Source: Magnetococcales bacterium (GTDB lineage Bacteria; Pseudomonadota; Magnetococcia; Magnetococcales; UBA8363). From it: a stretch of 64,000 nucleotides of DNA. Shown here piece after piece: positions 51,674 to 61,027 of this stretch. Both the position numbers and the translations under genes were made by a program. Positions within the stretch are counted from its first letter, which is position 1, and each line of letters opens with the position of its first letter. The notes below the pieces were generated by a model that was not told the origin of the DNA, searched no databases, and saw nothing but the letters and a program-made list of their open reading frames with translations. The DNA lies in contig JADGCN010000001.1 of NCBI GenBank assembly GCA_015228975.1, positions 10,315-74,314 of the forward strand. The letters run 5' to 3'.

Positions 51674-51994
51674 ATGAACCGTCGCACCACGAGGCACACC
51701 AGCTTGACCGAAAAGGCGGCTCTTTTATGTAAAGCCTTGCGCAAGGTGGGCTATCATCCCCACCCCGGGCCGATCAATGCGAAAGGTCGCAGTAGTGGCG
51801 ATTGTCGCGTTAAAATATCCTCGGAAGCGGGACGTACCCGTTTGCGGGTGACCGGCCATGGGGTGCAGGAGGTGTTTCTTTACGGCCCGGTGGATATTGC
51901 GAAAATCGTTTCTGTCATCGAAGCCACGGGCGTGCGTATCGAAGCGGTGGTGCAACAATCACCGAAGCGTGCATCTGGCTCCGTGGACTTATAA
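51674..51994 (+). CDS. DUF2103-like protein
   Basis: HTS...PGPI...GVQEVFL pattern matches recalled DUF2103 features. Confidence 0.6.
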   Translation: MNRRTTRHTSLTEKAALLCKALRKVGYHPHPGPINAKGRSSGDCRVKISSEAGRTRLRVTGHGVQEVFLYGPVDIAKIVSVIEATGVRIEAVVQQSPKRASGSVDL

Positions 51995-53191
51995 TACTAA
52001 TGTGATTTCATGTTTCAAAATCTTGGTTCCCTCCGTCGGCCCAAACACCCACGGGAGGCTCCACAGAGGTTCGTTGATGCTGCTACCCTGCTGGATCACC
52101 ATTTCGCGACCCTGTTGAAGAGAGTCGTCGATAGAGTTGCCTTGAGCCAAGGCGTCAAGAAACAACTTGTGAAAAAGATTGTCTTGGATTGAATCAGGCC
52201 AAGATAGCGTCACCGGGATGCCCGCTTGGTTGATGCTGTCAGCGAGTAAAGCCGCTGCTGACCAGGGGGGGGGATGATTGGGTTCACGACCGCTGACGAT
52301 CACACAGTGAATATCCGAATCTTTAAGAACTGTTTCAAATATTTCCCCTCCCGTCTTCGGATCGGCTTCCCCTTCTTCGTCTACAAATAAAAAGAAACCT
52401 CGTTTCATACGTATCATCATGGTGCCGTGCAGGATGAGCAGATGTGGCTTGAAAGTTTTTATCCCATGGATGAGATCCGACAAGCGGCCTGTTGGATTGA
52501 TATGGAAAGAGAGCGTATGACTGTTGGCGAATGGTGGCATCGCAACGGATGCCATCGTTGCGTGGATCAATACTTTCAAAGGATGATGAAAGAGAGGAAA
52601 ACTGGCGGAATAAAGATGTTTGCTTGTGCGATGGATGGAGCGGTTGGGATTCAATACCCAAGGGAGTGCATTGGGTGTTAACAAGACTTCCCAGGGTAGG
52701 TGGAGTATTTCCGGGATCGTGCTGTGAATGACTAGGAAAAAAGGCTCGTCGGGATTGTGTCGAGATATTTGATCATCAATTTGGCTAAAGCTCATAGAAG
52801 ATGCTTTAGGTTCGTCTGGATTCCCGCTTGCGCGGGAATGACAATTGATTGCGATTACGGATGATTTTTCCGTCATTCCCGCGCAAGCGGGAATCCAGAA
52901 TGGGTTGGCACGAATGAAACGCTGATTATGGCCGTGTCGCGAAAGGATGGCAGACCAGTAGGGGGCGAGGAAAACATCGAATAATTCAATGCCGGTACCG
53001 GTGATGGTCGCCTGTTTTATTTCTGGAGGGGTAACTCGTACAAAAAGAAATCGAAATTGGTCAACGATCAAAGAGAGTTCCCGCCAACGGACGGATGGGA
53101 GGGAATGCTCGCCGAGACTTTGTCCATTCAGGCGGATGTGAATCTTGAAATCAGTCGGCACCGACGCTGTTACGTCCAGTTGAATGATCAT
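51989..53191 (-). CDS. Degenerate CHAT (caspase-like) domain protein with an in-frame palindrome insertion
   Basis: GIELFD, PEILHLPWEVL, PHLLILHG, FLFVDEEG, LADSINQAGIP and WSLP follow CHAT order; catalytic Cys position reads VSGR; ATGA overlap with the upstream deaminase. Confidence 0.7.
   Translation of the reverse strand: MIIQLDVTASVPTDFKIHIRLNGQSLGEHSLPSVRWRELSLIVDQFRFLFVRVTPPEIKQATITGTGIELFDVFLAPYWSAILSRHGHNQRFIRANPFWIPACAGMTEKSSVIAINCHSRASGNPDEPKASSMSFSQIDDQISRHNPDEPFFLVIHSTIPEILHLPWEVLLTPNALPWVLNPNRSIHRTSKHLYSASFPLFHHPLKVLIHATMASVAMPPFANSHTLSFHINPTGRLSDLIHGIKTFKPHLLILHGTMMIRMKRGFFLFVDEEGEADPKTGGEIFETVLKDSDIHCVIVSGREPNHPPPWSAAALLADSINQAGIPVTLSWPDSIQDNLFHKLFLDALAQGNSIDDSLQQGREMVIQQGSSINEPLWSLPWVFGPTEGTKILKHEITLVL
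52815..52899. repeat. Palindromic REP/RPE/dRS3-like element
   Basis: Perfect 28-bp inverted repeat TCTGGATTCCCGCTTGCGCGGGAATGAC (52815-52842 and 52872-52899) with a 29-bp spacer; each arm contains ATTCCC-N8-GGGAAT. Confidence 0.93.
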
Positions 53192-54462
53192 GGGGCAGGG
53201 GAGCGGGTCAGCGCGAGGGCACGTTTGGTTACTTCATCACGGATGTGATCCTCGTCGGCAACGATACGGTTTTGCATCACAATCCGACCATGGATGATAG
53301 TGGTGTCCACCACATGCCCTGTCGCCGCATAAACCAGATTGGAGTGCAGGTTGAGTGGTGGCGTCATTTCGGGCGTGTGGGTGTTGATCAGAATCAGGTC
53401 CGCGGGTTCTCCCGGGGCGATGATTCCCGAATGGCCCAGGATGCGGGCATGGCACCCCATGGCAATCTGTAAGGCCACTTGGGCCGGCAGGGCAGTGGGG
53501 TCGCCCAAGGTATGTTTTTGCATCAGGGAGAACAGTTTCATTTCCTGAAACATATCCAGACTGTTGTTGGAGGCGGCACCATCGGTACCCATGCCCATGG
53601 CTATGGAGCGTTTGGCCATGCGTTTGTAGGGAAAAACACCACCACAAGCCAGTTTTAGGTTGGACGTGGGATTGGTGACCAGGGTAACTTTGCGTTCTGC
53701 GATCAGATCCAGTTCGGCATCGTCGAGAAAGACCGCGTGGGCCAATAGGGTGCGCTGGTGCAAAAGGCCGAGGCGATCCAGATAAAAAACAGGGCGCATC
53801 CCGTGTTGCTTCAGGCAATGCTCCACTTCACCCCGGGTTTCAGACAAATGGATATGAAGCGTCAGATCATGGATTTCGGCAAATCGTTGGCACCAACGTA
53901 ACGTTTCCGTGCTGACCGAATAGATGGCATGGGGATAAATTACCGGTCGGATCCAACGGGGATCATACCGATCCATCTCTTGCATGACGGACTGTGCCGT
54001 GTTTTTGCAGGCTTCCCCTTGATCGGCTCCCAGGGCATCGACGATGGGGAGACCAATGGCCGCTTTCATGCCGCTGTCCCGGACCGCCCGTGCCACGGCA
54101 TGGAAATGCCAATAGCCATCGTGAAATGCGGTGGTACCGGAGCGAATCATCTCCAGGCAGGCCAAGCGTGTGCCCCAATAGACATCATCTTCCGTCAATC
54201 GTGCCTCGGCGGGCCAGATCTTCTCCTGGAGCCAGGTCATGAGTGGCATGTCGTCGCCCGCACCGCGCAACAGGGTCATGGCGGCATGGGTGTGGGCATT
54301 GACGAGTCCGGGGAGGAGCGTCATGCCCCGGGCATCCAGGCATTGGGCCTGATCGACACGGGCACCCCGCGGATCGATCCTTTCGATCAACCCATCCGTC
54401 ACCAGGAGGGACACCGGGGATGCATACCCCTCCAGCATGGCGTTATGGATGCACAGGGTCAT
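53188..54462 (-). CDS. mtaD: Amidohydrolase, MTA/SAH/5'-deoxyadenosine deaminase type
   Basis: PGLVNAHTH, HIHLSET, LAHAV, NPTSNLKL and GTDGAASNN motifs; adjacent to a nucleoside phosphorylase. Confidence 0.85.
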   Translation of the reverse strand: MTLCIHNAMLEGYASPVSLLVTDGLIERIDPRGARVDQAQCLDARGMTLLPGLVNAHTHAAMTLLRGAGDDMPLMTWLQEKIWPAEARLTEDDVYWGTRLACLEMIRSGTTAFHDGYWHFHAVARAVRDSGMKAAIGLPIVDALGADQGEACKNTAQSVMQEMDRYDPRWIRPVIYPHAIYSVSTETLRWCQRFAEIHDLTLHIHLSETRGEVEHCLKQHGMRPVFYLDRLGLLHQRTLLAHAVFLDDAELDLIAERKVTLVTNPTSNLKLACGGVFPYKRMAKRSIAMGMGTDGAASNNSLDMFQEMKLFSLMQKHTLGDPTALPAQVALQIAMGCHARILGHSGIIAPGEPADLILINTHTPEMTPPLNLHSNLVYAATGHVVDTTIIHGRIVMQNRIVADEDHIRDEVTKRALALTRSPAP

Positions 54463-55172
54463 GGCCCCTCCAGGAGTGCTTCCAAAATGTTGCGGGCCAA
54501 GCCGCTGTTGTCCGCGACCTGTTGGTGAAAGCGGGCCAGTGTTAACGGTTGTGGCCCGATGCCGTTGGCATAGTTATCGACAATCCCCACCGCCGCATAG
54601 GGCAGATCGAGTTCCCCCGCCAGAATGCACTCGGAGGCCAAGGTCATGCCGACCAGGTCAACGTGTTGGGCATGAAAACGAATTTCCGCCGGGGTTTCAA
54701 AGCGTGGGCCGGGGGTTTGCCAATAGGTCCCGCCATCAATCGGGGTGGGCAATACCGGGGGGCGGTGCAAGCATTGGAGCAGGGTGGAGCGCAGGGCTGG
54801 ATCAAACCGGGGCAATCGATGGCCACGCGCATCCGGAAAAAACGTCGGATGGATGGTTGGGGCAAAAAAATCGTCAGGTACCACCACCGTACCGGGGGGA
54901 TTCCGAAGGTGGAGGCTGCCCACGGATCCCAAAGCGATGATATGACCGATGCCGATTGCATGCAGGGCGGAGAGGTGTGCATGATGGTTGATACGATGGG
55001 GTGGGCAATAGGCGTCCAATCCGTGGCGCTGCAACAGGATATGGCCCCGCCATTCCAGCAGTTCGACGTTGCCATGGGGTGTGGAGACGACAAAACGCCG
55101 GGATGTCCGCAAAAATTCTGCTTGGCGCAGGGAGGTGCCAACCATCACCGCCCGTTTTCCGGGACCGAACAT
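54459..55172 (-). CDS. MTAP-family purine nucleoside phosphorylase (methylthioinosine phosphorylase-like)
   Basis: RHG..PPHRIN, SVGSL, GPRFETPAEI, VGMT and VDNYANG motifs. Confidence 0.88.
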   Translation of the reverse strand: MFGPGKRAVMVGTSLRQAEFLRTSRRFVVSTPHGNVELLEWRGHILLQRHGLDAYCPPHRINHHAHLSALHAIGIGHIIALGSVGSLHLRNPPGTVVVPDDFFAPTIHPTFFPDARGHRLPRFDPALRSTLLQCLHRPPVLPTPIDGGTYWQTPGPRFETPAEIRFHAQHVDLVGMTLASECILAGELDLPYAAVGIVDNYANGIGPQPLTLARFHQQVADNSGLARNILEALLEGP

Positions 55173-55175
55173 GGA

Positions 55176-56156
55176 TTATTTGGACCAGAATTGCCACCAG
55201 GGGGCATTGGAATCGGCCTGGGCCGGTTTTTCCGGGGGTGCTGGGCTGGGGGCCTGGATCGGTTTCGGTGGTGCCGCATCCTCGGGTTGCAGGACCGGTC
55301 TGGGAGCGGACTCTTCTACAGAGCCGGGTTCCTCCTTGCGGTAGTCCGGTTTGCCCGCATCCGGTCCGATCCTATTTTGTTCCAGGGGATCGACGGCGAG
55401 CATGCCCGGGCTATTGACTGCGCCATCGGGCGACATGATTGTCGTTTTGATCCTGGTATCCAGGAGCCCCGGAAACGAGGCGGGGGGGTCTTCGACGGTT
55501 GTTTTGCCGTCCAGGAGTTCCTTCTTGCCCAGATCGCTTCCCGCAATCCCCGTAGTGGATTCTGTCGCTTGCTTGTCGGCGTTTTCCTTGAGAGACTCCG
55601 GGTTGGAGTCGGCGGGCTTGGCTGGATGATCATCCTTGGAACTTCCGTTGGCGTTGTCTTTCCCTGTCCAGGATGACCAAATGGAATCCGACCCCTGTGT
55701 TGACTTGGTGACCTCTTCGGGTTTCGGATCGGTGGCCGGCTTGCTGAATTCACCGCCAAATAGCCATTTCGTATAGCTTCTTTCATCGCTTGGCTTGGCA
55801 ACCTCACGGGGATCATACAGGGTATCGTTGAAGTTGCGCTTGATATCCTTGACCAGGCCCCCTTCGTCGAAGGTGATCTCCAATCGATTAGCTACCCTTG
55901 AGAAAGTGCGCTGAATGTTTCTAAACTGGCGGTCCTGGATGTAGACCCACCTTTCTTGACGAAAGGTGTTCACCAGAGTGGGTGGTCCAAGGAGCTTGAG
56001 GACTTCATCGCGACTGGTGAGGCCAACATGGATCTGTTCGACTTTGGCGGGTTCGATGATGTTGCCCGACTCGCTGACGACTGCTTGACAGGAAGCCAGG
56101 AACAGGGAAAAAACAACGAGGGCGACGATTGGGCGATGGTATCGGATGACAGGCAT
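55176..56156 (-). CDS. bamE: Outer-membrane assembly lipoprotein BamE with a long disordered C-terminal extension
   Basis: Lipobox LASC; GN..IHVG.TSRDEVLKLLGPPT...WVYI...LEITFD SmpA/OmlA domain; divergent from a cbp3-like gene as in alphaproteobacteria. Confidence 0.85.
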   Translation of the reverse strand: MPVIRYHRPIVALVVFSLFLASCQAVVSESGNIIEPAKVEQIHVGLTSRDEVLKLLGPPTLVNTFRQERWVYIQDRQFRNIQRTFSRVANRLEITFDEGGLVKDIKRNFNDTLYDPREVAKPSDERSYTKWLFGGEFSKPATDPKPEEVTKSTQGSDSIWSSWTGKDNANGSSKDDHPAKPADSNPESLKENADKQATESTTGIAGSDLGKKELLDGKTTVEDPPASFPGLLDTRIKTTIMSPDGAVNSPGMLAVDPLEQNRIGPDAGKPDYRKEEPGSVEESAPRPVLQPEDAAPPKPIQAPSPAPPEKPAQADSNAPWWQFWSK

Positions 56157-56248
56157 GGTTTTACAGGGCGCCTTGGTCTTAGGTTGAAACATCCAGGCAA
56201 CAACTCATGCGGCATCATACTACCGGATAGCGCGGGAGCAAAGTTTCC

Positions 56249-56749
56249 ATGAATCGGGTGCCGCAACTCTTGGCTGCCGCAAGGGGCAAAAAGGCCACAC
56301 GCGAGCAGGTCTTGGCCTTGCACGGTCGCATCGTTGACGAGGTTTTACTCTGGACCGCCGGGGACCGTCTGGGGGTGAAGGATGAATTTTCGTTGCGTTT
56401 TGAGGTGATGATCCTGGCGGTGTCGATGGTTCTGGTTGCACTGAAGGATGATCGCGGGATGGTGCAAGGTTTGTGGGACATGACCTTTGAAGGATTCGAG
56501 GAAAGTTTGCGGCAGCGAGGGGTCAACGATATACGCATCGGGACGCGGATGCGGGTGATCATACACAATGCCATGGGGAGGTGTCGGGCTTATATGGATG
56601 CCATGAAAACGGCGGATGACGTTTTGTTGCGACAGTCGATCATCCGCAATGTGTTTCATGGTGTGGGGGATCAACAGGAAACCGTTGAGATGTTGCTGGC
56701 ATCGGTGTTAAAACTGCCGCAGCGGGTATTGGATGGCCAAAATTCTTAA
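56249..56749 (+). CDS. Ubiquinol-cytochrome c chaperone (Cbp3/UQCC1-like)
   Basis: GVKDEFSLRFE, SLRQRGVNDIRIG..M, GR..AY and LRQSIIRNVF motifs. Confidence 0.85.
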   Translation: MNRVPQLLAAARGKKATREQVLALHGRIVDEVLLWTAGDRLGVKDEFSLRFEVMILAVSMVLVALKDDRGMVQGLWDMTFEGFEESLRQRGVNDIRIGTRMRVIIHNAMGRCRAYMDAMKTADDVLLRQSIIRNVFHGVGDQQETVEMLLASVLKLPQRVLDGQNS

Positions 56750-56770
56750 AGCCTTGGAAAGGAAAATGGA

Positions 56771-57961
56771 ATGAACAAATTAACCATTGATGATGTGGAG
56801 TTGAAGGGCAAACGGGTTTTCATTCGTGTCGATTTTAACGTCCCCATGACCGAGAGCGGTACCATTCGTGAGGATACCCGTATTCGCGGCGCCCTGCCGA
56901 CGATTCGCAAGGCGATCAAGGATGGGGGACGGGTGATCCTGGCTTCCCACATGGGTCGCCCCAAAGGCAAGATCATCCCCTCGCTCTCCATGAAACCCGT
57001 GGCGGAGCGTCTCGCCATGTTGCTGGGTCAAGAGGTCAAACTGGCTCCCGATTGCGTCGGTCCGGAAGTGGAGGCGATGGTCAACGCGCTGAAACCGGGT
57101 GAAGTGCTGTTGCTGGAGAACGTCCGTTTTCACGCCGGTGAGACCAAAAACGACCCGGCCTTGGCCGATGGTTTCGCCAAGTTGGCCGATGTCGCCGTCA
57201 ATGACGCCTTTGGTACGGCCCACCGTGCCCACTCTTCCAATGTTGGCGTTGGTGAGCGGGTTCCCCCGTCGGTGGCGGGTTACCTGATGGCGGCTGAGAT
57301 CGATTATTTCAACAAGGTGGTGCGCACCCCGCAACGGCCCGTGGTGTCAATCCTGGGCGGTGCCAAGGTATCGAGCAAGATTGGCGTCATCGAGGCGTTG
57401 ATGGACAAGGTGGACAAAATCATCATCGGCGGTGCCATGGCGTTCACCTTTTTCAAGGCACGCGGCTACAACACCGGGACCTCCCTGGTTGAGGACGATC
57501 AACTGAAAGTGGCCTCGGATGCCGAAGCCAAGGCCAAGGCCAAAGGGGTACAGTTGGTGTTGCCGGTGGATGCCATTTGCGCGCAGACCATGGATGACGG
57601 GGCGCTGACCCGGGTGTTCCCGGTGAATGCCATTCCCGACGGCTGGATGGGTTTGGATATCGGACCGGAGTCGGTCAAATTGTTCAATGAAGCCTTGGGT
57701 GGAGTGCGTACCATCGTTTGGAACGGTCCGCTGGGTATGTTTGAAAAATCGGCCTACGCTTCGGGCACCATGGCCATCGCCAATACGGTTGCCAAGAGTG
57801 GGGCCATCTCCGTGGTGGGTGGTGGGGATACCGATGCCGCCGTGAAACAGGCGGGCGTTGCCAGCTCCATTTCCCATATTTCGACGGGTGGTGGTGCCTT
57901 CCTTGAACTGATGGAGGGCAAAGAGTTGCCCGGTGTTACCATCATCGGTGAAAAAAAGTAA
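56771..57961 (+). CDS. pgk: Phosphoglycerate kinase
   Basis: RVDFNVP, SHMGRP, LLENVRF, NDAFGTAHR, GGAKVSSKI and HISTGGGAFLE motifs. Confidence 0.98.
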   Translation: MNKLTIDDVELKGKRVFIRVDFNVPMTESGTIREDTRIRGALPTIRKAIKDGGRVILASHMGRPKGKIIPSLSMKPVAERLAMLLGQEVKLAPDCVGPEVEAMVNALKPGEVLLLENVRFHAGETKNDPALADGFAKLADVAVNDAFGTAHRAHSSNVGVGERVPPSVAGYLMAAEIDYFNKVVRTPQRPVVSILGGAKVSSKIGVIEALMDKVDKIIIGGAMAFTFFKARGYNTGTSLVEDDQLKVASDAEAKAKAKGVQLVLPVDAICAQTMDDGALTRVFPVNAIPDGWMGLDIGPESVKLFNEALGGVRTIVWNGPLGMFEKSAYASGTMAIANTVAKSGAISVVGGGDTDAAVKQAGVASSISHISTGGGAFLELMEGKELPGVTIIGEKK

Positions 57962-57968
57962 CACGCTC

Positions 57969-58811
57969 ATGATGCCTTCCAGGGAGGAGGGACTTTCCGT
58001 TGTCATGATGGGGCGCGATGAGGCCCACCATCTGCAACAAAGCCTCCCTCCCCTCCTGGAGGTGGCCGATGAGGTTGTTTTTGTCGATACCGGTTCCAGG
58101 GATCAAACCCTGGAGCTGGTGCGGCGGGCCGGCGTTCGCCTGATCGAAACCCCCTGGTGCGACAATTTTTCCGCCCCGAAAAACCTGGGTATCGAAAATG
58201 CCCGGTTTTCCTGGATCCTGAGTGTTGATTGCGATGAAATCCTCCAGGGAACCCCCGATGTCGGGTTGGTGATTCGTACCCTGTGTCGGGAGGCCTCCGT
58301 CCCCGGGTTCATTGTTGCCATTGACAATGAAATGGCGGACGGTCAGGTAACGACCAGTCAGGCGATACGGCTGTTTAAAAATCATCCTGATATCCGTTTT
58401 GCCAATCCTGTCCACGAAAGTGTTGCCCAATCGTTGTACGTCAACTGGCCCGACCACCCCCCTGTCGAGGCCGAGGGGGTGCGTTTGCGCCACCTGGGGT
58501 ATCGGGAAGGTGTTAATCGCGAAAAAATTCGACGTAACATTACCATACTCAGGAGTTGGCTGGAGCGGGAACCCGACGATCTGTTCGGTTGCTATAAGCT
58601 GGGAATCAACCTGCGCCATGTGGGTGCCAGCCGTGAGGGGATGTATTATCTGCAAAGGGGATTTGAATTGTTGGATCGGGAAACGGACCGGGGTTCGTGG
58701 CCCTTCGCGGAAAAGTTGGTAGAGGAATATTTCCAGGCATTGTTGGACAATGGATTGCTCGATAAGGCCAGGGAGGTCAGGCAAAAAATTGTCGGTTGGG
58801 GTGGAATCTGA
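57969..58811 (+). CDS. Glycosyltransferase family 2 with TPR-like C-terminus
   Basis: VDTGSRDQT, W.DNFSAPKN, WILSVDCDE, RLF..VHE and HLGY motifs. Confidence 0.9.
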   Translation: MMPSREEGLSVVMMGRDEAHHLQQSLPPLLEVADEVVFVDTGSRDQTLELVRRAGVRLIETPWCDNFSAPKNLGIENARFSWILSVDCDEILQGTPDVGLVIRTLCREASVPGFIVAIDNEMADGQVTTSQAIRLFKNHPDIRFANPVHESVAQSLYVNWPDHPPVEAEGVRLRHLGYREGVNREKIRRNITILRSWLEREPDDLFGCYKLGINLRHVGASREGMYYLQRGFELLDRETDRGSWPFAEKLVEEYFQALLDNGLLDKAREVRQKIVGWGGI

Positions 58812-58847
58812 CCACAACGGATCGGTGTGGTGCCGCGTTCCGTATTA

Positions 58848-59846
58848 TTATCCTGCCGGGGTGGCGTGCATGGCCTTTTCTATGGCTTTTTTAAATCCGG
58901 CGGCGAAGCGGGGCAGGGAAAAGAGTTCAACAACACGTGATCGTGCCTGTTGTCCCAGGCGTTCGGCCAGCGCCTGATCCTGCAACAACATGCGGGCGTA
59001 CTGGTTGAGTGCTTGCGGGTCATCGCTTAAAAAACCGCTTTTTCCATGTTCTATTGGGGAGGTGGGGTGGCAATTGCCCAAAATGGGTAATCCGGCTGCC
59101 ATGGCTTCGACGGTAGCCATGTTGTATCCGTCCTCCAGTTCGGGATGGGCGGTATGGATGTAAAATCGGTGGGCGGCCAATGTCTCCTTGAGATCGGCCC
59201 AATCCTTGGACGGGCGTGCGTTCGGTATGGTGGGGTTGACACCGACGATGGTCAACGGGATGTCGGCAAATGCGGCTTGGTGAAACTCCCACAGGAGGAT
59301 TGCCTTTTTTTGTTCAATTTGATTGGCTATGCGCAGGCCTGCCGCGATGGTGCCGCGCCAGGGTGGGTAATGATCGACGTTGGTCCCGAACTCGACGACA
59401 TCGCACTCTGAAAACCCCCATGAGCCTCCTTTCGCGGTGGAAACGGCGACCACCGAACCTCCGACCAGGGCCAGATAGTTTTTGAGTATCGATTGCACTT
59501 CCGGAATGGATTGCGAGACGGTGGCGCTCTGTACGCGACTCTCCATGCGATTGTGGATAACAAGAATGCGTGCGCCGGGGATTTCTTTGACATCCATCAT
59601 GTCCTGGATGCTGTGGGCGATAATGCAATCGTAACCACCGGGTGTTGCATGGGCCTGGGATAAGGTGATGAGTCGCCCGTTTTTCGGGAGTGGTCGAATA
59701 CGGTAATCCCAGGAGGTGACCAGGCGATTGGGCAGGCCATCGATGATATCCAGCGGGCACGCCAACGATTCCAGCTGATGAATCCAGGCCTCATGGCAAT
59801 TCAAGGTTAAGAGTCGCCAATGGGGGTGAAGAGGGTGTTTGGCCAT
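58848..59846 (-). CDS. Glycosyltransferase family 4-like protein
   Basis: EDGYNMATVEAMAAGLP, IEHGKSGFL and ARSRVVELFS GT-B C-terminal motifs. Confidence 0.85.
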   Translation of the reverse strand: MAKHPLHPHWRLLTLNCHEAWIHQLESLACPLDIIDGLPNRLVTSWDYRIRPLPKNGRLITLSQAHATPGGYDCIIAHSIQDMMDVKEIPGARILVIHNRMESRVQSATVSQSIPEVQSILKNYLALVGGSVVAVSTAKGGSWGFSECDVVEFGTNVDHYPPWRGTIAAGLRIANQIEQKKAILLWEFHQAAFADIPLTIVGVNPTIPNARPSKDWADLKETLAAHRFYIHTAHPELEDGYNMATVEAMAAGLPILGNCHPTSPIEHGKSGFLSDDPQALNQYARMLLQDQALAERLGQQARSRVVELFSLPRFAAGFKKAIEKAMHATPAG

Positions 59847-59870
59847 GGGATGTCTGTTTCGCAAGGTTTC

Positions 59871-60995
59871 CTATTGGAGAGAAGCCATGATTTGCTCGCC
59901 GTATTTCCACCACAATCCCCCCAGAATACCGACGATACTCAGGACGGTGGCTGTAATTTTGATCCAACTGTAAGGACGTTCCCCCTGCACTTCGCCACTG
60001 CGCGCATTGATCAAAAAGCGATATTCTTTATTGCCGAAACGGTAGGTACTGAGCCAGATGGGCAACAGGATGTGCTTGAAGGTAACGGCGCTGTACTGCG
60101 TTGAGACATGGTTGACCTGCTGTTCGTCGCCACCGATGTCTTGCCGCACCAGGGTATCGATGGTACCCGCCATTTTGCCTTTGGCCTGTCCGAATCCGTC
60201 TGCCAAACCCACATGATAACTTTGGGCGCGAAAACCACTGACGAAACTGGAATCATAGGCGACCAAATTCTCCAAGTCCCAGGGCTCCAGGGCATCGGCC
60301 ATGGGAGCGGGCAGCAAATCGCTGGCCATGACCAATACATTGCCAAACCAGTGGGAAACCTGACCCGCTACGGGATACCAACGGGTACGGGTGACAGAGC
60401 GGGTTTTTTGTACGGTTTGACCATTTTCTGTGGTGGTGTAGGTTTCCCGTTCCTGATAATGAATGCCGCGTTGCCCTTGGTATTGGCTATCGGTCTGGGC
60501 GTTGTAGGCCCAGTAGGGGACATACAAACCGTTCAAGGGCGTATCGCCCCGTGCCGCCACTTTCAGTTTGCTGGGGGCGAACCAGCGGCTCGCTACCCAT
60601 TGCTTGAAGTGTTCCCGAGCCTGTTTTTTATCCACTTTGAAGGGCAGTAAACTGGACGGCTTGATTTGTCGGTGGGAAACCTCATGCAAATCCATGGCGT
60701 TGCCGCAGAAGGGGCAGGGCATGGCAACCGTTTCTTTTTCCGGCTCCAGGGATGCCCCACAAACCGTGCAGCGGACGACCATGATATCTTCCAGATGCTC
60801 GTCAGCCTCCCCTTTTTCCAACCAGGCGTTGTAATCCAATTCTCCAACGTCTGTCCTGGTTTCGTGGGTCTTTTGGGAATAACCACAATGTTCGCACACC
60901 AGGGAAGTCATTCCCGGGGAAAAGGTCAGACTGGCGCCACATTGCGCGCAAGGAAACCTTTTGGGGGCATGCGTTACGTTTCGGTCGTTAGTCAT
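59871..60995 (-). CDS. Multi-Zn-ribbon membrane-anchored protein (YdjG-like)
   Basis: Four CxxC pairs; LLPFKV, GLYVPYW, HILLPIW and INARSGEVQGERP motifs; C-terminal TM. Confidence 0.85.
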   Translation of the reverse strand: MTNDRNVTHAPKRFPCAQCGASLTFSPGMTSLVCEHCGYSQKTHETRTDVGELDYNAWLEKGEADEHLEDIMVVRCTVCGASLEPEKETVAMPCPFCGNAMDLHEVSHRQIKPSSLLPFKVDKKQAREHFKQWVASRWFAPSKLKVAARGDTPLNGLYVPYWAYNAQTDSQYQGQRGIHYQERETYTTTENGQTVQKTRSVTRTRWYPVAGQVSHWFGNVLVMASDLLPAPMADALEPWDLENLVAYDSSFVSGFRAQSYHVGLADGFGQAKGKMAGTIDTLVRQDIGGDEQQVNHVSTQYSAVTFKHILLPIWLSTYRFGNKEYRFLINARSGEVQGERPYSWIKITATVLSIVGILGGLWWKYGEQIMASLQ

Positions 60996-61027
60996 ATCCG
61001 TTCTCATTTTTTCAAGGGCGGATTATT

